From Eledone cirrhosa (taxonomy: Eukaryota), in contig OZ024754.1 of the NCBI GenBank assembly GCA_964016885.1, positions 9,672,001 through 9,736,000 of the forward strand: a stretch of 64,000 nt of DNA, given 5' to 3'. The position numbers and the translations under genes are program-made. The notes under the pieces are model-generated. The model made no database searches. It saw only the letters and a list, made by a program, of their open reading frames with translations, and was not told the DNA's origin. How positions within the stretch are numbered: position 1 is the stretch's first letter; each line of letters opens with the position of its first letter. Of the stretch, positions 39,231 through 52,633 are shown in pieces.

Positions 39231-39654
39231 ATATGGAGTGTAGAGGAGCTACAATTATGATATATTTTGATCAGTTAGTTATGAATATAAGTAAACTATT
39301 TAAGTTCTCTCTAATGCATTCGATAACATTTTGCCGATGTAATTGGTATGTTGAGGAGATTCCTAAATGAGATCACTTTAATGAGATAGACACACATGAC
39401 CCTATTGGAATATTTAATCTTTAAATTCATACTGCAAACATCAGTAATACTTTTGTCTAATTAGTTAATTAGTCTCCACTAATACATCATTAAGTAATAT
39501 ACGTTCTCAATAAAATATTGTATATATAGCTTTCTTATTTGTTTTTGTTCTTATCTTATGAATTTAACGCAACTGAAATGATTATTAGAATTTAAGTATT
39601 GGTTATTAAAATAGTTTCAAGTGAGCTAATGTATTTTCCATGAGTATATTACTA

Positions 39655-40900
39655 AGAGGTGGCAAATTGGCAGAGTTGTTAAAATGTTGGATAGAATGCT
39701 CTGAAGTATTCATTCCGACTCTCTACCTACTGAGTTCAAATCCAGCTGAGGTCAACTTTGCCTTTCATCCATTTAAGGTCGATAAAAAAGTACCAGTCTT
39801 TTACTGGGGTCAAATTCTTCCTCTATATCTCTATCTCACTTGCTTTCTTTCACTCTTTCTATTCTTCTCTGGAAGAAATTTGCTGTATTCAGATCTGGAG
39901 AGGAGAGGAGATGTGCGCTGCCTAGTTTAAAAGGGGTTGTATGTCACTACAGCACCCTTAAAACTCCATCAGGGGTTACAGGACCATCCATACATATTAC
40001 TAAGACATGAAGGTATGTGGCTTAGTAGTTAGAGTGTTCGCCTTGCAAGCTCATAGTCATGGCCTCAATTGCCAGAGAGCATTGTGACCTTGAACAAGAC
40101 ACTTTATTTCATGTTACTGCAGTCCACTCAACTGGTAAAAATGAGTTGTACCTGTAATTCACAGGGCCAACTTTGTCACTCGCTGTGTTTTATTGAATCT
40201 CTTCTTGGACACTTTTAAAGCCTGGAAAAGCCTATCCTTTCTCCAAGTCTGAACACAGCTCATTTCTTGCAGAGAAGGAAAGAGAGAGGGAGAGTGTGTG
40301 ATAGAGAAGATGTCAGAAAGTGATATAGAGAAAGAATCGACCCCAGTACTAGACTGGTATTTCTTTTTATCGACTACGAAAGGATGAAAGGCAAAGTTGA
40401 CCTCAGCAGGATTTGAACTCAGAGCAGAGAGAACTGGAACAAATATCCTAAAGCATTCTATCGAATGTTTCTAATGACCCTGCCAATTTACCAAAGCAGT
40501 AGATATGTGTTCAATGATGGGTAACGAATATGAAACTAATGTATGGTCCTGTAATTCCAGATGGAGACATAGGGGTGCTGGAATGACATATAGCATTTCT
40601 TGGGCATTTTTTTAAAAGCCAGGTGGAGCCCGTCCATCTTTAGGTCTAAACACAGCAGATTTCTTCCAGGGAAGGATAGGAAGTGAGAAAGGGATATAGA
40701 GGAAGAATCGACCTCAAGACTAGACTGGTACTTTTTTTCTCAACCTCAAAAGGATGAAAGATAAAGTTGACATCAGAGGGATTTGACCTCAGGAAGCAGA
40801 GAGCTGGAATAAATACCACAAAGCATTCTATCTGGCTTTTAATGTAGCTGCTAATTCACCAAAGGAGTAGATATGTGCTCACTGATGGGTAACTAATGTG
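39655..40900. mobile_element. Cluster of long-tailed SINE-B variants (+ 39655-39990; - about 40200-40500 and 40540-40860) plus an old CORE SINE at 40011-40200
   Basis: SINE-B head and centre joined to a different 3' part (..GGAAGAAATYTGCTGTRTT..TTACAGGACCAT). Confidence 0.7.
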
Positions 40901-40959
40901 AAACTGTGGAGTAAATCAAAAAGAACAGTTGGACTGTGAACAAACAGCTAGAACTAAAT

Positions 40960-41350
40960 GTGCAGAGGTTGTAAATAGTCAAAGCAGTCATTAACTAGAT
41001 AATTCTCTGGATATCTGATAAGTTCTGTTACCTAGGTGATGTAATTAATGCCAGAAGTTATAGTAGTGACAGTAACTAAGCTAAGAATAAAATCGAAATT
41101 CAGGGAGATGTCACCCATTTTCAAACAAAAGTGTTTCTTTCTCCAGGCAAATAGAAAACTGTATCAGACATGTGTGATAAAACATGATGTCCTTTATACA
41201 TGCGCTATGAATATAGAGAATAAGCAATGATTGCAGAGTAATAAGTAAAATATTGTCTGTTAGATGTGTTATATTAAAGATATTATCAATGGTATACACA
41301 GATATAATATCAAAGAGAAATAATTCTGTGGCTTTCTGAAATGTAAAGCA
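40960..41350 (+). mobile_element. Highly decayed RTE ORF fragment
   Basis: SKFREMSPIFKQKCFFLQANRKLYQTCV aligns with KFRELLPLLTKKGFSLRTKGRLYDACV at 26175. Confidence 0.6.
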
Positions 41351-41659
41351 AATGGTTATTATATGTTCCATGAAAAAGTAAAGTGAGTCAATAGTAGAAT
41401 ATATCTATGATAGAGATAAATATAAGAAAATATAACTCTCCCACTTCCTCGACGGGTTTTTAAGGATTGGTTCCATGTGTTCGGAATTTTCATATCTGTT
41501 GGAAGAATATTGACAAAAGAGGAGAAAGAAAAAAAGAAAAAAAAACAGTCAAAGGAGTTATTTCATTTTGTTTGTCACTTAACTAAAGATAGTCAATCAC
41601 TTTTCGTTCAAATTGCTTTTTGCACGCGAGTGTAAGCTTACTCTGAAAACCTTGTTATT

Positions 41660-42292
41660 ATTAGGGCAATGGACAGGCAGAATCTGTAGCGCATTGGACA
41701 CCATGCTTCATATCATATAGTTATGGCCCTTTACATTCTGAGTTCAAATCCCGCCGAGGTTAACTTTGCTTTTCATCCTTACAGGGTCAATAAAATAAAG
41801 TACCAGTAATACACTGGGGTCAATTTAATTGACTTTCTCCTTCTCACAAAATGTTTGGCCTTGTGCATAAATCAGAAACCATTATCTATGCAGCATCGGT
41901 GGATTGGCAGTATCGGTAGGGGGTCGGACGCCATGCTTTGCAGCAAAGAGTTACGGCCCTTTATGGTCTGAGCTCAAATCACGCCGAGGTTAACTTTGCT
42001 TTTCATCCTTACAGGGTCGATAAAATAAAGTACCTGTTATGCAATGGGATAATTGTCGGCCTTGTGCCAAAAGTAGAAATAATTATTGTTATTTTCATTG
42101 TATTTGGCAATATCAGTAGAGGGTCGGACACCATTCTTTGACGCATAGATTTACGGTCCTTGCCATTCTGAGTTCAAATCCCGCCGAGGTTAACTTTACC
42201 TTTCATCCTTACAGGGGTCGATAAAATAAAGTACCAGTAATACACTGGGATAATTGCTGGCCTTGTACCAAAAGTAGAAACAATTATTGTTA
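41660..42292 (+). mobile_element. Head-to-tail array of 3 SINE-B copies
   Basis: Three box B / central-domain units. Confidence 0.85.
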
Positions 42293-42509
42293 TTTTCAAC
42301 AGAGTTATCTTGCAGATGAACTCCATGTCGGTCAGTATGGTACTCTCATATTTTCTCTATGCCGCTTATTAAAATTCCTTATTTGGATATTTATTCTATT
42401 TTCAGCATTTGTTCTGATGACCACATCTTGTTTATAATGTATACAATCCTCTTTTTATGCCACAACTAAGCTTTGAGAATTCATCATACGGAATCTTTCT
42501 TCATTCCAT

Positions 42510-42950
42510 TTTTTTAGAATATGTCAGGATGGTGGATTGGCAGAATAGGTTTGGACACGTTATGCATATGAAGGATGACAGTTGCATAAAATAGTGCAGA
42601 GCACTAAAAGTCAATGGAAGCCTTGGAGTGGGGAGACTCAAGAAGACCTGGAATGAGGTGATAAAAATTGACCTTGCCTAATTGCACCTCTCAAAGGCAA
42701 TGACACAGGACCGAGACCTCTGGCATTATGCTGTAATACAGAAGTCTCAACTTGCCACGGGTACAAACCGAAGCTGAAGCATATAGACAATATGCCCCCA
42801 CACCCCTCCAGCTGTAGAAACCGATCCAAAATCAGTCCTGTATGAGCAAGACACGGTCACCTGGCCTGGCATTGCCCACAACAGGACAACCTGTCTAACC
42901 CATTCTAGCCAGGAGACATCAACGTAAAACAGTGAACCTGATGATGATGA
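42510..42950 (+). mobile_element. Decayed RTE 3' fragment
   Basis: FGHVMHMKDDSCIK*CRALKV..GRLKKTWNEVIK..QDRDLWHYAV, then TGA tail. Confidence 0.8.
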
Positions 42951-43308
42951 TGGTAAATCTTTGGACACCATGCTTCACAGCATAAAGTTACAACCCATTT
43001 TATGTTCTGAGTTCAAATCTTGCCGAAGTTAGCTTTCCTTTCATCCTTACGGGGTCAATAAAATAAAGTACCAGTAATACATTGAGGTTGATTTAATCGA
43101 CTTTTCCCTCCCTTCAAAATTAATGGCCTTATGCCTAAATCAGAAATCCTTATTTTACAATATGCACCTCCACCCTACCACTGCCTCTCCCTGGGAAGAA
43201 TCTCAGGGCAACTACTACACCCTCACTAGAACCAGCCAGAGAAAGATTACTGACCAAAGATAGGATATCCCTCATGTTAGCATTTACCATTTTATTTATA
43301 TATTTACA

Positions 43309-43529
43309 TTAGCATTCAAACCGGCTGTATCCAGCCAGAACTCTCTCACCTCTTTCTGTTCAAACCGGCTGTAACTGGCTGCTCATACTTACATTAAGGT
43401 ATTTTTCTCAAAATAAATAGCATCAAAATGTTGTAGATTCAGCATTATGTAAGATTATTATGTAAGATAAAGCCTTTACTGTTAAAATACAATACTAAAT
43501 ATAAAGTAATGTCAATACTAAAGGGTTAA
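43309..43529. mobile_element. piggyBac-type MITE (one end eroded)
   Basis: Homologous to 62947-63174; ends AAAGGG-TTAA. Confidence 0.8.
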
Positions 43530-44004
43530 ATTCATCAGGAAATAAATGAGCTTAAATATTACTTTTTCAATAAATAGAATTAGTTGAACTAATCAAGTTA
43601 TTTATTACTAACAAACCAAATTATATAAAAATTGGATTTTTAAAACAGGTAAGAAAGATTTTATTGTATAGTTTCTAAATTAATTTTATGCTATTTAGCA
43701 TAATAACTTTAAATTACTATAGTCACATTTTCAACATCGGCTGACAGAAACAAATTAATATTATATTACAATTGTGTGTCAGAAATAAGTAGCTAACTCA
43801 TGCATCTTAGTTGTTTATACAATAAATCATTGTTAGTGAATTTATATAATGTTGCAGCATTGAAGCTTTCTGATTTTAAGTTTGGTTTAAAACAACATCA
43901 GGACTCATAGAGGAAGAGTCCACCAATTCAAAGGTTTCATATTTTACCACATCTAAGTCATCAGTTTTAATTTACATTCATTCTCAATATATAGATAGAT
44001 AGAT

Positions 44005-44400
44005 ATCATCATCATCACCGTTTTACGTCCATTCTTCCATGCTAGCATGGGTTAGACAGGTTATCCTGTTGTGGGCAATGCCAGGTGACCTTGTCTTGCT
44101 CATACGGGAACTGATTTTGGCTTGATTTCTACAGCTGGATGCCCTTCCTAACACCAACCTCATTTACAGTGAGTGCTGGGTGCCTTTTTACCATGGCACC
44201 TACATGCCCACTCTACAGTGTGGACTGGGTGCTTTTTGTCGCGACACCTACATGACCACTTTACAGTGTGAACTGGGTGCTTGTTTGAAATGACACCTAC
44301 ACAACCACTTTACAGTAAGAGGGGGTGGGGGCATACTGTCTATATGTTTCAGCTTCAGCTTGTACCCGTGGGAAGTTGGGTCTTCTGTATTACTGCGTAA
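44005..44400 (-). mobile_element. RTE 3'UTR with internal 48-bp module repeats
   Basis: Reverse complement of the 42730-42950 / 56186-56420 type sequence. Confidence 0.75.
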
Positions 44401-44967
44401 CACCAGCAGTCTATATATATATATAAGAGTGGGGGTTGGCAGTATCAATAGAGAGTTGGGCATATACTTACATTCCTTTATGTTATGAGTTCAAATCCCG
44501 CCTAGGTTAGCTTTGCCTTTCATCCTTGCAAATTAATAAAAAAAAAAGTACAGGGGTTGATTCAATCTACTTTCCCTCCCTCCAAAATTGTTGGCCTTGT
44601 GCCTAAATCAGAAACCATTATCAATATATATATTTATGTGTGTGTGTGTGTGTGTGTATGCATATATAGGTACACTGTATTGCTGTGTTTTGTAAGAGGG
44701 GACTAAAATGTTTGGCATGAGGAACTGCAGTAAAACATTTTCTCAAAACATCACATCAAACCATGGCAACATGGAAATGTGGACATTAAAACGATGGTGA
44801 TATATGATATCACAATTTCAATTTCTTCAGTCTGTCAAATCAGTGGCTCTCTTTTACAGCAATGTCTCTTGTTATAGGAAATAAATTGGGCTTCATAAGA
44901 AAGTAGAAAGGTTCCTTGATACATTTTTTTTATATATATCATCATCATCATCATCATTCATCATTTC

Positions 44968-45291
44968 ATTTTACGTCCACTTTTCCCTGCTTGCAAGGGT
45001 GGGGCGGGAACTGATTCTGGCTTGATTTCTACAGCTGGATGCCCTTCCTAACACCAACCTCATTTACAGTGAGTGCTGGGTGCTTTTTTGCCGTGGCACC
45101 TCCACGACCACTTTGCGGTGGAATGATATGGACCCCAGTCCCTATCATCTCATTTCTACAGCTGAGTAAACTGGAGCAATGTGAAATAAAGTGTCTTGCT
45201 CAAGGAAACAACATATCACGCGGTCTGAGAATTGAACTCACAACCTTTCGATTGCAAGGCCAATGCTCTAACCACTAAGCCATGTGCCTCC
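44968..45291 (-). mobile_element. SINE-A
   Basis: Near-identical to the other full copies. Confidence 0.9.
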
Positions 45292-45971
45292 ATTATATAT
45301 AGAAATAGAAATCTATATATAGAAATATAAATCTAAAAAAATCATATTTAATACCCTATTTATGTTTTATTGTTTTTTATTTCTATTTGTTAGATAAGCT
45401 TGGAGGAAATATGTGCAAGAGAAAATCTTAAGTGTGATGAAAGCAGACAGCTAAAGACAGCCTGTTAAAATATAAGCTAGGAAAACTGTGTATAAAACAT
45501 AATCTCTTTTTACTTACACTACATAAGTTTAATGTAACAGTTCTACATAGAAAAGGTAATATACACAATAAATACAGCATTAGCTACATTAAAAATAAAG
45601 TAGGGGTTAGAGAATTGGATTAGCAATCATAAGGTTGTGAGTTTGATTCCCAGACCAGGTAATCTGTTGTGTCCTCGAGAAAGACATCTATTTCACATTG
45701 CTCGAGACAGATTTAGATCATCATCATCATCATCGTTTATATATTACTATTTCCATGTTGGAATGGGTTGGACATGATGTTTTTAGGTAATGTTTTACAC
45801 TAGGATGCTCTTCCTGGTGCCAACCCTTTTAGTTGCCTCTTACAACATGTAGGAACATGGAGTATCTATTTAGGGCTACACACAATATAACATAAAATAT
45901 GTTACAATACATTCTTTTATAAATACGGAGGGAACTGTGATGCTGGTCAAACAAACACTACCAAATTCTTG

Positions 45972-46180
45972 CCTGACGCTCTACCAACTCCACCAGTCAG
46001 ACACTCCACCAACTCCACCAGTCGGACACTCCACCAGTCAGACACTCTACCAATTCTACCAGTCAGACGCTCTACCAACTCTACCAGTCAGACACTCTAC
46101 CAACTCTATCAGTTGGACACTCCACCAACTCCACCAGTCGGACACTCCACCAGTCAGACACTCTACCAATTCTACCAATG
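45972..46180. repeat. 25/15-bp minisatellite resembling the antisense SINE-B head
   Basis: GTCAGACGCTCTACCAACTCTACCA versus SINE-B antisense GTCCGACCCTCTACCGATACTGCCA. Confidence 0.75.
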
Positions 46181-46204
46181 CCTTACAAGAACTAAATTGT
46201 AACT

Positions 46205-48217
46205 ATAGAGGGTCGGACGCTATGCTTTGCAGCATAGTGTTATGGCCCTTTATGATCTGAGTTCAAATCCCGCCGAGGTTAACTTTGCCTTTCATTCTTA
46301 TGGGGTCGATAAAATAAAGTACCAGTAACACACTAGGGTCGATTTAATCGACCTTTCCCTCTCCAAATTGCTGGCCTTGTGCCTAAACTATAAATCAATA
46401 TTATTTAAATGACATAAATGGCCATTAAACACTTTATATAGAGAAAATTAAAAAAATTGAAAACTATTAAAAAAAACAACCCAATAAAACAAAACCAACA
46501 AAGAAACAAATACACAGACCCCTCCCTCCCCCAGTCTATAAGAAATGTCTAACTACTGACGTTTTACAGATGTAGTAGAAATAGAAGGTGTCATTTATCA
46601 GGTTATAAATGTCAACAGACTGTTTGATTATATATTATAGAATGGTGGATTGGCAGTATCGATAGAAGGTTGGATGCTATGTTATACAGCATAGAGTTAC
46701 GGCCCTTTATGATCTGAGTTCAAATCCCACCGAAGTTAACTTTGTCTTTCATCCTTGCAGGGTCGATTAAATAAAGTACCAGTAATTCACTGGAATAATT
46801 GCTGGCCTTGTGCCAAAAGTAGAAACAATTATTTATTATGTGTGTGTCGCAACATGTGAAGAGTTCATGGATTGGCAGTATCGGGTAGAGGGTCGGACGC
46901 CATGCTTTGCAGCACAGAGTTACGTCCCTTTACGGACTGCATTCAAATCCTGCCGAGGTTAACTTTGTCTTTCATCCTTGCGGGGTTGATAAAATAAAGT
47001 ACCAGTAATGCACTGGGGTAATTGCTGGCCTTGTGCCAAAAGTAGAAACAATTATTAACACTACAGAATCGGTAGAGCATCGCACAATATGCTTCGTGGT
47101 AATATAGTTATGGCTCTTTATGTTCTGATTTCAAATCCCACTGAGGTTAACTTTGCCTTTCATCCTTACAGGGTCGATAAAATAAAGTACCAGTAATACA
47201 CTGAGTAATTGCTGGCCTTGTGCCAAAAGTAGAAACAATTATAACTAACTTGGCAGTATCAGTAGAAGGTCGGACGCCATGCTTTGCAGCATAGAGTTAC
47301 GGCCCTTGCCATTCTGAGTTCAAATCCCGCCGAGGTTGACTTTGCCTTTCATCCTTACGGGGTCGATAAAATAAAGTACCAGTAATACACTGGGTATTTG
47401 CTGGCCTTGTGCCAAAAGTAGAAACAATTATTGAATAGTATTATCACAAAATAAACTAAAAGTTAATAGACTGGTGCAGAAATTGTTGCAGGATTTTGTT
47501 ATTTTAAACTCTGACGCTTATTTTGGTATATTGATTTCTGCCAATGGTTTTATTCCCACTGTTTATTCTTACACATTTTAAGCTGTCAAATTAAAGACAG
47601 AAATAAATAAAAACCAAATTTGAGCATAATTATTGTCTGGGCAGTGGATTGGTGGCAGTAATGGTAGAGCATCGGACGGCCGTCATGCTATGCAGTATAG
47701 AGTTACGGCCCTTTATGGTTTGAGTTCAAATCCCATCGAGGTTAACTTTGCCTTTCATCCTTACAGGGTCGATAAAATAAAGTACCAGTAATACACAGGG
47801 ATAATTGCTGGCCTTGTGCCTAGAGTAGAAACAATTATTAATACCTTCAGTTAAATCTTTCCTAGACTTGGACAAAACTCACAGCTCTCTCTCTCACAGA
47901 TCTTATACGTTGTTATCACTTCCTGTCCTACTTCAGGTCTCCTTCTTTAAACCATATCAGGCTACCTAAAATGGCTGCTGGTTATTATCTGAGTTCAAAA
48001 TCGAATGCAAAGCAATGGAAACTGCATATAATTGTTTCTACTTTAGGCACAAGGCCAGCAATTACCCAGTGCATTACTGGTACTTTATTTTATCGACCCC
48101 GTAAGGATGAAAGGCAAAGTCAACCTCGGCGGGATTTGAACTCAGAGCGTAAAGGGACGTAACTCTGCTGGAAAGCATGGTGTCCGACCCTCTACCGATA
48201 CTGCCAATCCACCGCCA
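46205..48217. mobile_element. SINE-B cluster: about 6 plus-strand copies (4 head-to-tail at 46640-47432) and one minus copy (48030-48217)
   Basis: Repeated box B / central domain / GTAGAAACAATTATT ends. Confidence 0.9.
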
Positions 48218-48339
48218 TATAAACTGCATATAATATCAACCAAATCAAGCCTTTGGTCAGGGGACCATCAAATTTTGAATAGAAAATTCCAGAACAAATA
48301 CCAACAAGGTATTTTGTTAGATACTCTAACAAATGCACC

Positions 48340-48959
48340 ATCCTCGACTGATATTTTATGGTATGGTCCTGTAACTCTGGTTGGTGTCGTAGGGGGTGAT
48401 GTAGTGGCATACAGCATTTCTTGGTCAATTTAAGCCTGGCAGAGCCCACCCCACCCCTGGTCTGAACATATCAGATTTCTTCCAGAGAAGGATAGAAAGT
48501 GAAAGAGAGGAAGTGAGAAAGAGAGAGAGTGAGAGGGAGAGAGAGGAAGTGAGAAAGAGATAGAGGGGGAGTGAGAGGGAGAGAGAGAGAGAGGGGGAGT
48601 GAGAGGGAGAGAGAGAGAGGGAGTGAGAGAGAGAGGGGGGGTGAGAGGGAGTGAGAGGGAGAGAGAGGGAGAGAGAGAGGGAGTGAGAGGGAGAGAGAGA
48701 GGGAGTGAGAGGGAGAGATAGAGAGGGAGTGAGAAAGAGAGAGTGGAGGGGAGAAAGAGAGAGAGTGGAGTAGAGAAAGAGAGAGAGGGAGTGAGAGAGA
48801 GAGAGGGAGTGAGAGAGAGATAGAGAAGTGAGAAAGAGATAGAGAGAGTGAGAAAGATAGAGGGAGGTGAGAAAGAGAGAGAGAAAGTGAAAAGAGAGAG
48901 AGGGAGTGAGAGGGAGTGACAGGGAGAGAGAGGGGGGGGAGAAAGAGAGAGAGAAAGAT

Positions 48960-49013
<54 letters not shown>

Positions 49014-49118
49014 GAAAGAGAGAGAGAGAGGGAGTGAGAAAGAGAGAGAGAGAGAGGGAGTGAGAAAGAGAGAGAGGGAGGTGAGAAAGAGAGAGAGGGA
49101 GATGAGAAAGAGATAGAG

Positions 49119-49149
<31 letters not shown>

Positions 49150-49420
49150 GAGAAAGTGAAAAGAGAGAGATGGAGTGAGAGGGAGAGAGAGAGGGGGGGC
49201 AGTGAGAGGGAGAGAGTGGAGGTGAGAAAGAGAGAGAGTGGAGGTGAGAAAGAGAGAGAGTGGAGGTGAGAGGGAGAGAGAGTGGAGGTGATAAAGAGAT
49301 AGAGAGGAAGAATTACCCCCAGTATAGGACTGGTACTTTTTCTATCAACCTTGAAAGGATGAAAGGCAAAACTTGACCTCAGCAGGATTTGAACTCAAAG
49401 AACAGAACTGGAAGAAATAC
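48340..49420 (-). mobile_element. Long-tailed SINE-B variant split by an approximately 800-bp (GA)n expansion
   Basis: 48360-48500 matches 40543-40690 and 49305-49420 matches 40695-40820; (GA)n lies between. Confidence 0.75.
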
Positions 49421-50488
49421 TGCAAATATTTTTTTTATTTTTGTTCTGCTTTAAAATGGTTGCCTCTATCTCGACATAAATCAATTTAATGAATACATCA
49501 CTGCTGTTATTATCTGACAATGTCTCATCCCACACATCTAAATTAATGTAGTCCACCACTTAATAGAATATGTCGTCCATTGAAAGCAGATTCTAAACAA
49601 AAGAAGCCCAGCCTGGAAGGTCTTTCACTTTAAATTCTAACCAGAAAACATAAAGAATCTGTTATGTTTCAAACATGAAGTTGAATTATGGGAAATATCA
49701 TAGTTTTCGATAGCAGTAAGATTAATACAGCGTAACAGCCTCAAAACAGGTGATACTGAATGCCTCGTTAATTAACGATCAAAGATATAATAATGAAAGA
49801 TTCTTTCCTGATTATGAAAATGATTATTAGATTGTACAATGATAACTGGGCACTGTAGGAGCAGCTGTGACTCGTTAGATGATAGAGATTTGGTAATTAG
49901 GTGTTGTAATGTGTGAATATGTAAGGGTGGATACGTCAGAGAAAAGCCAGCTTTTTGTAGAGAATGGTACAGAATTGATAGACAAATTGTTCAATCGTAA
50001 TTAATTTTATTACTGGCAAACTTTTAGCAGTAGGTGAAAACCATATTGCATTACTTGTTTCAGGAGTTTATGTGCTTTCTGTTACTTGTGTACATGTGTG
50101 TATATGTGTATGAGAGTGGAGCCTACACATGTGTGTGTATATATATATATATATATACACACACACATATATATATATAAGTACATATATATATATATAT
50201 ATATATGCATATATGGATATACACACATGTATACATACATATACATGCATGTATGTATGTATATACAAATACATGTATACATACATTCACACACACTTAT
50301 ATAGGCATACACACACACATACACACACATGTATACATACATTCACACACACATATACATGCATATGTGTATGTATATACACATACATGTATAAATACAT
50401 ACATTCACGCACTTATACATGCATATATATATATATACATATATATATATAGACACATATGTGTCTATATACATATGTGTCTATATGT

Positions 50489-50973
50489 GGAGGCACATGG
50501 CTTAGTGGTGAGAGCATTGGCCTTGCAATCGAAAGATTGTGAGTTCAATTCTCAGACCAGGTGATGTGTTGTTTCCTTGAGCAAGACACTTTATTTCACA
50601 TTGCTTCAGTTTACTCAGCTGTAGAAATGAGATGATAGGGACTGGGGTCCCTATCATTCCACTGCAAAGTGGCCGTGGAGGTGCCACGGCAAAAAAGCAC
50701 CCAACACTCACTGTAAATGTGGTTGGCGTTAGGAAGGGCTTCCAGCCATAGAAAACCAGCCCCAAAACACCCAGCCCACACTGTAAAGTGGACGTGTAAA
50801 AGACATGGCACGCAGCACACACTGTCAATGGGGTTGGCGTTAGGAAGGGCTTCCAGCCATAGAAAACCAGCCAGAAACTCTCCTATATGAGCGAGACATG
50901 GTCACCTGACCCAACTTGCCTCTAAATGGAACAAACCTGTCCAACCCATGCTAGCGTGGAAGATAGACGTTAA
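50489..50973 (+). mobile_element. SINE-A long variant with duplicated internal modules
   Basis: Same head and CORE; GGTTGGCGTTAGGAAGGGCTTCCAGCCATAGAAAACCAGCC twice. Confidence 0.85.
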
Positions 50974-50986
50974 TATATGCTTTGAT

Positions 50987-51034
<48 letters not shown>

Positions 51035-51180
51035 CCCCAGATATGGGTTAATTAGCCTCACCAGCCTGGACGTTAAATGCTGCTGTTGCTGATGATGATG
51101 ATAAACACTTTAAAACATAAAACAAACAGTTCTATATTATACTATCATGGATAGTTTCAGACAGTTAGGTATAAAAATGG

Positions 51181-51612
51181 TTAACCCTTCAGCATTTACA
51201 TTACTCTATATATATATACTATTATATTTTCACAGTAAATGCTTTACCTCACATAATGTCGAAGCTATGAAATTTTGATATTATTTATTTTGAGAACAAT
51301 ACCCTAACATAAGTATGGGCAGCTAGTTATGGCCAGTTTGAACAGAAAGAGGTGAGAGAATTCTGGTCAGATACAGCTGGTTTAAATGCTAAAGGGTTAA
51401 CCCTTTAGCATTTACATTACTCTATATTTACTATTGTATTTTCACAGTAAAGACTTTACCTCACGTAATGTCGAAGCTATGAGATTTTGATATTATTTAT
51501 TCTGAGAACAATACCTTAACATAAGTATGAGCAGCCAGTTACAGCCAGTTTGAACAGAAAGAGGTGAGAGAATTCTGGCTGGATATGGCTGCTTTAAATG
51601 CTAAAGGGTTAA
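51181..51612. mobile_element. Tandem dimer of piggyBac-type MITE sharing a central TTAA
   Basis: TTAA-CCCTT..AAGGG-TTAA(51397-51400)-CCCTT..AAGGG-TTAA. Confidence 0.9.
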
Positions 51613-52067
51613 ATATGCATTTATATTTTACATATAGCTTCAATGCAGGATGCACCTTTCATTAACTGTTGACTGGAGATCACAATATCAGTAACTTCTG
51701 ACAGCATCATTCTATCTAGTAGTGTGAAACTCTAGTGATGGTATCTACATCGTTCTAAAGAAAGGATCAATCATTTTAAACAATTGTGAGCTGCTTCAGA
51801 GTCAGTTTGCTTTTTCACTATGAAACTGGTGGACAATATCATGATACTGCTCCCTTTTTCCATTCCTTGCCTGAGACTGGAACCACACTATTAACCCTTT
51901 CATTACTATATTTCCAATGAAAGACACTGTCTAAGTGTTTCAATTAATTTTGAAAATAATTAACAAAATGGAGAAATTTAGTAAAATAAATAACTTTTTT
52001 ATGAGCAACCTGATATTTAGAACATTACTTAACCAAACGCTTGAACATAAAATGGTGTTGAAATGTT

Positions 52068-52289
52068 TTAACCCTTTACATTACTCTATAATTACTATCA
52101 TATTTTAATGGAAAAGGCTTTATCTTACATAATTATCTCACATAATATCGAATCTATGAGATTTTGATGATATTTATTTTGAGAACAATACTTTAATGTT
52201 GAATGAGCAGCCAGTTATAGCCAGTTTGAACAGAAAGAAGTGAAAGAATTCTGGCCGTATATGGGCTGGTTTAACTGCGAAAGGGTTAA
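52068..52289. mobile_element. piggyBac-type MITE
   Basis: TTAA-CCCTTTA..AAAGGG-TTAA, same family. Confidence 0.85.
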
Positions 52290-52633
52290 GCTAATACACT
52301 CTCAACAATATTTTGTTTTATTACATACTGAGATTTTCTTTTTTTTGGTGGTGGGGGTGAGTGGGGGTCTCAACTTTGGTCTTTCTTTCAACTGATTTTG
52401 CTGTGTTTTATCTCTTTCTCCAATTCCAAAATCCCTACTCTGCTATCCTTCTTAAGTTCAATTCCACTCAGGTAGAACATGGAAGCCCTATGCCTAGTGA
52501 TTAGGGTGTTGGACTTATGATCATGACGTCATAGGTTTGATTCCTCGACCAGGTTGTTCATGGTGTTCCTTAGTTCCAGTGCAAAAATTATAAAATTATT
52601 GTTCCTCCATTCACACTAATTGGTGGAGTAGTT

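Noticed and set aside
44800-44838. Minus-strand CTGAAGA-AATT-GAAA hammerhead candidate
   Set aside because: Stem I has only 2 pairs and stem II is absent; probably chance
45393-45470. Possible exon LEEICARENLKCDE (vaguely RFC-like) after a pyrimidine tract and AG
   Set aside because: Very short, runs into a stop with no good donor, and no neighbouring exons support it
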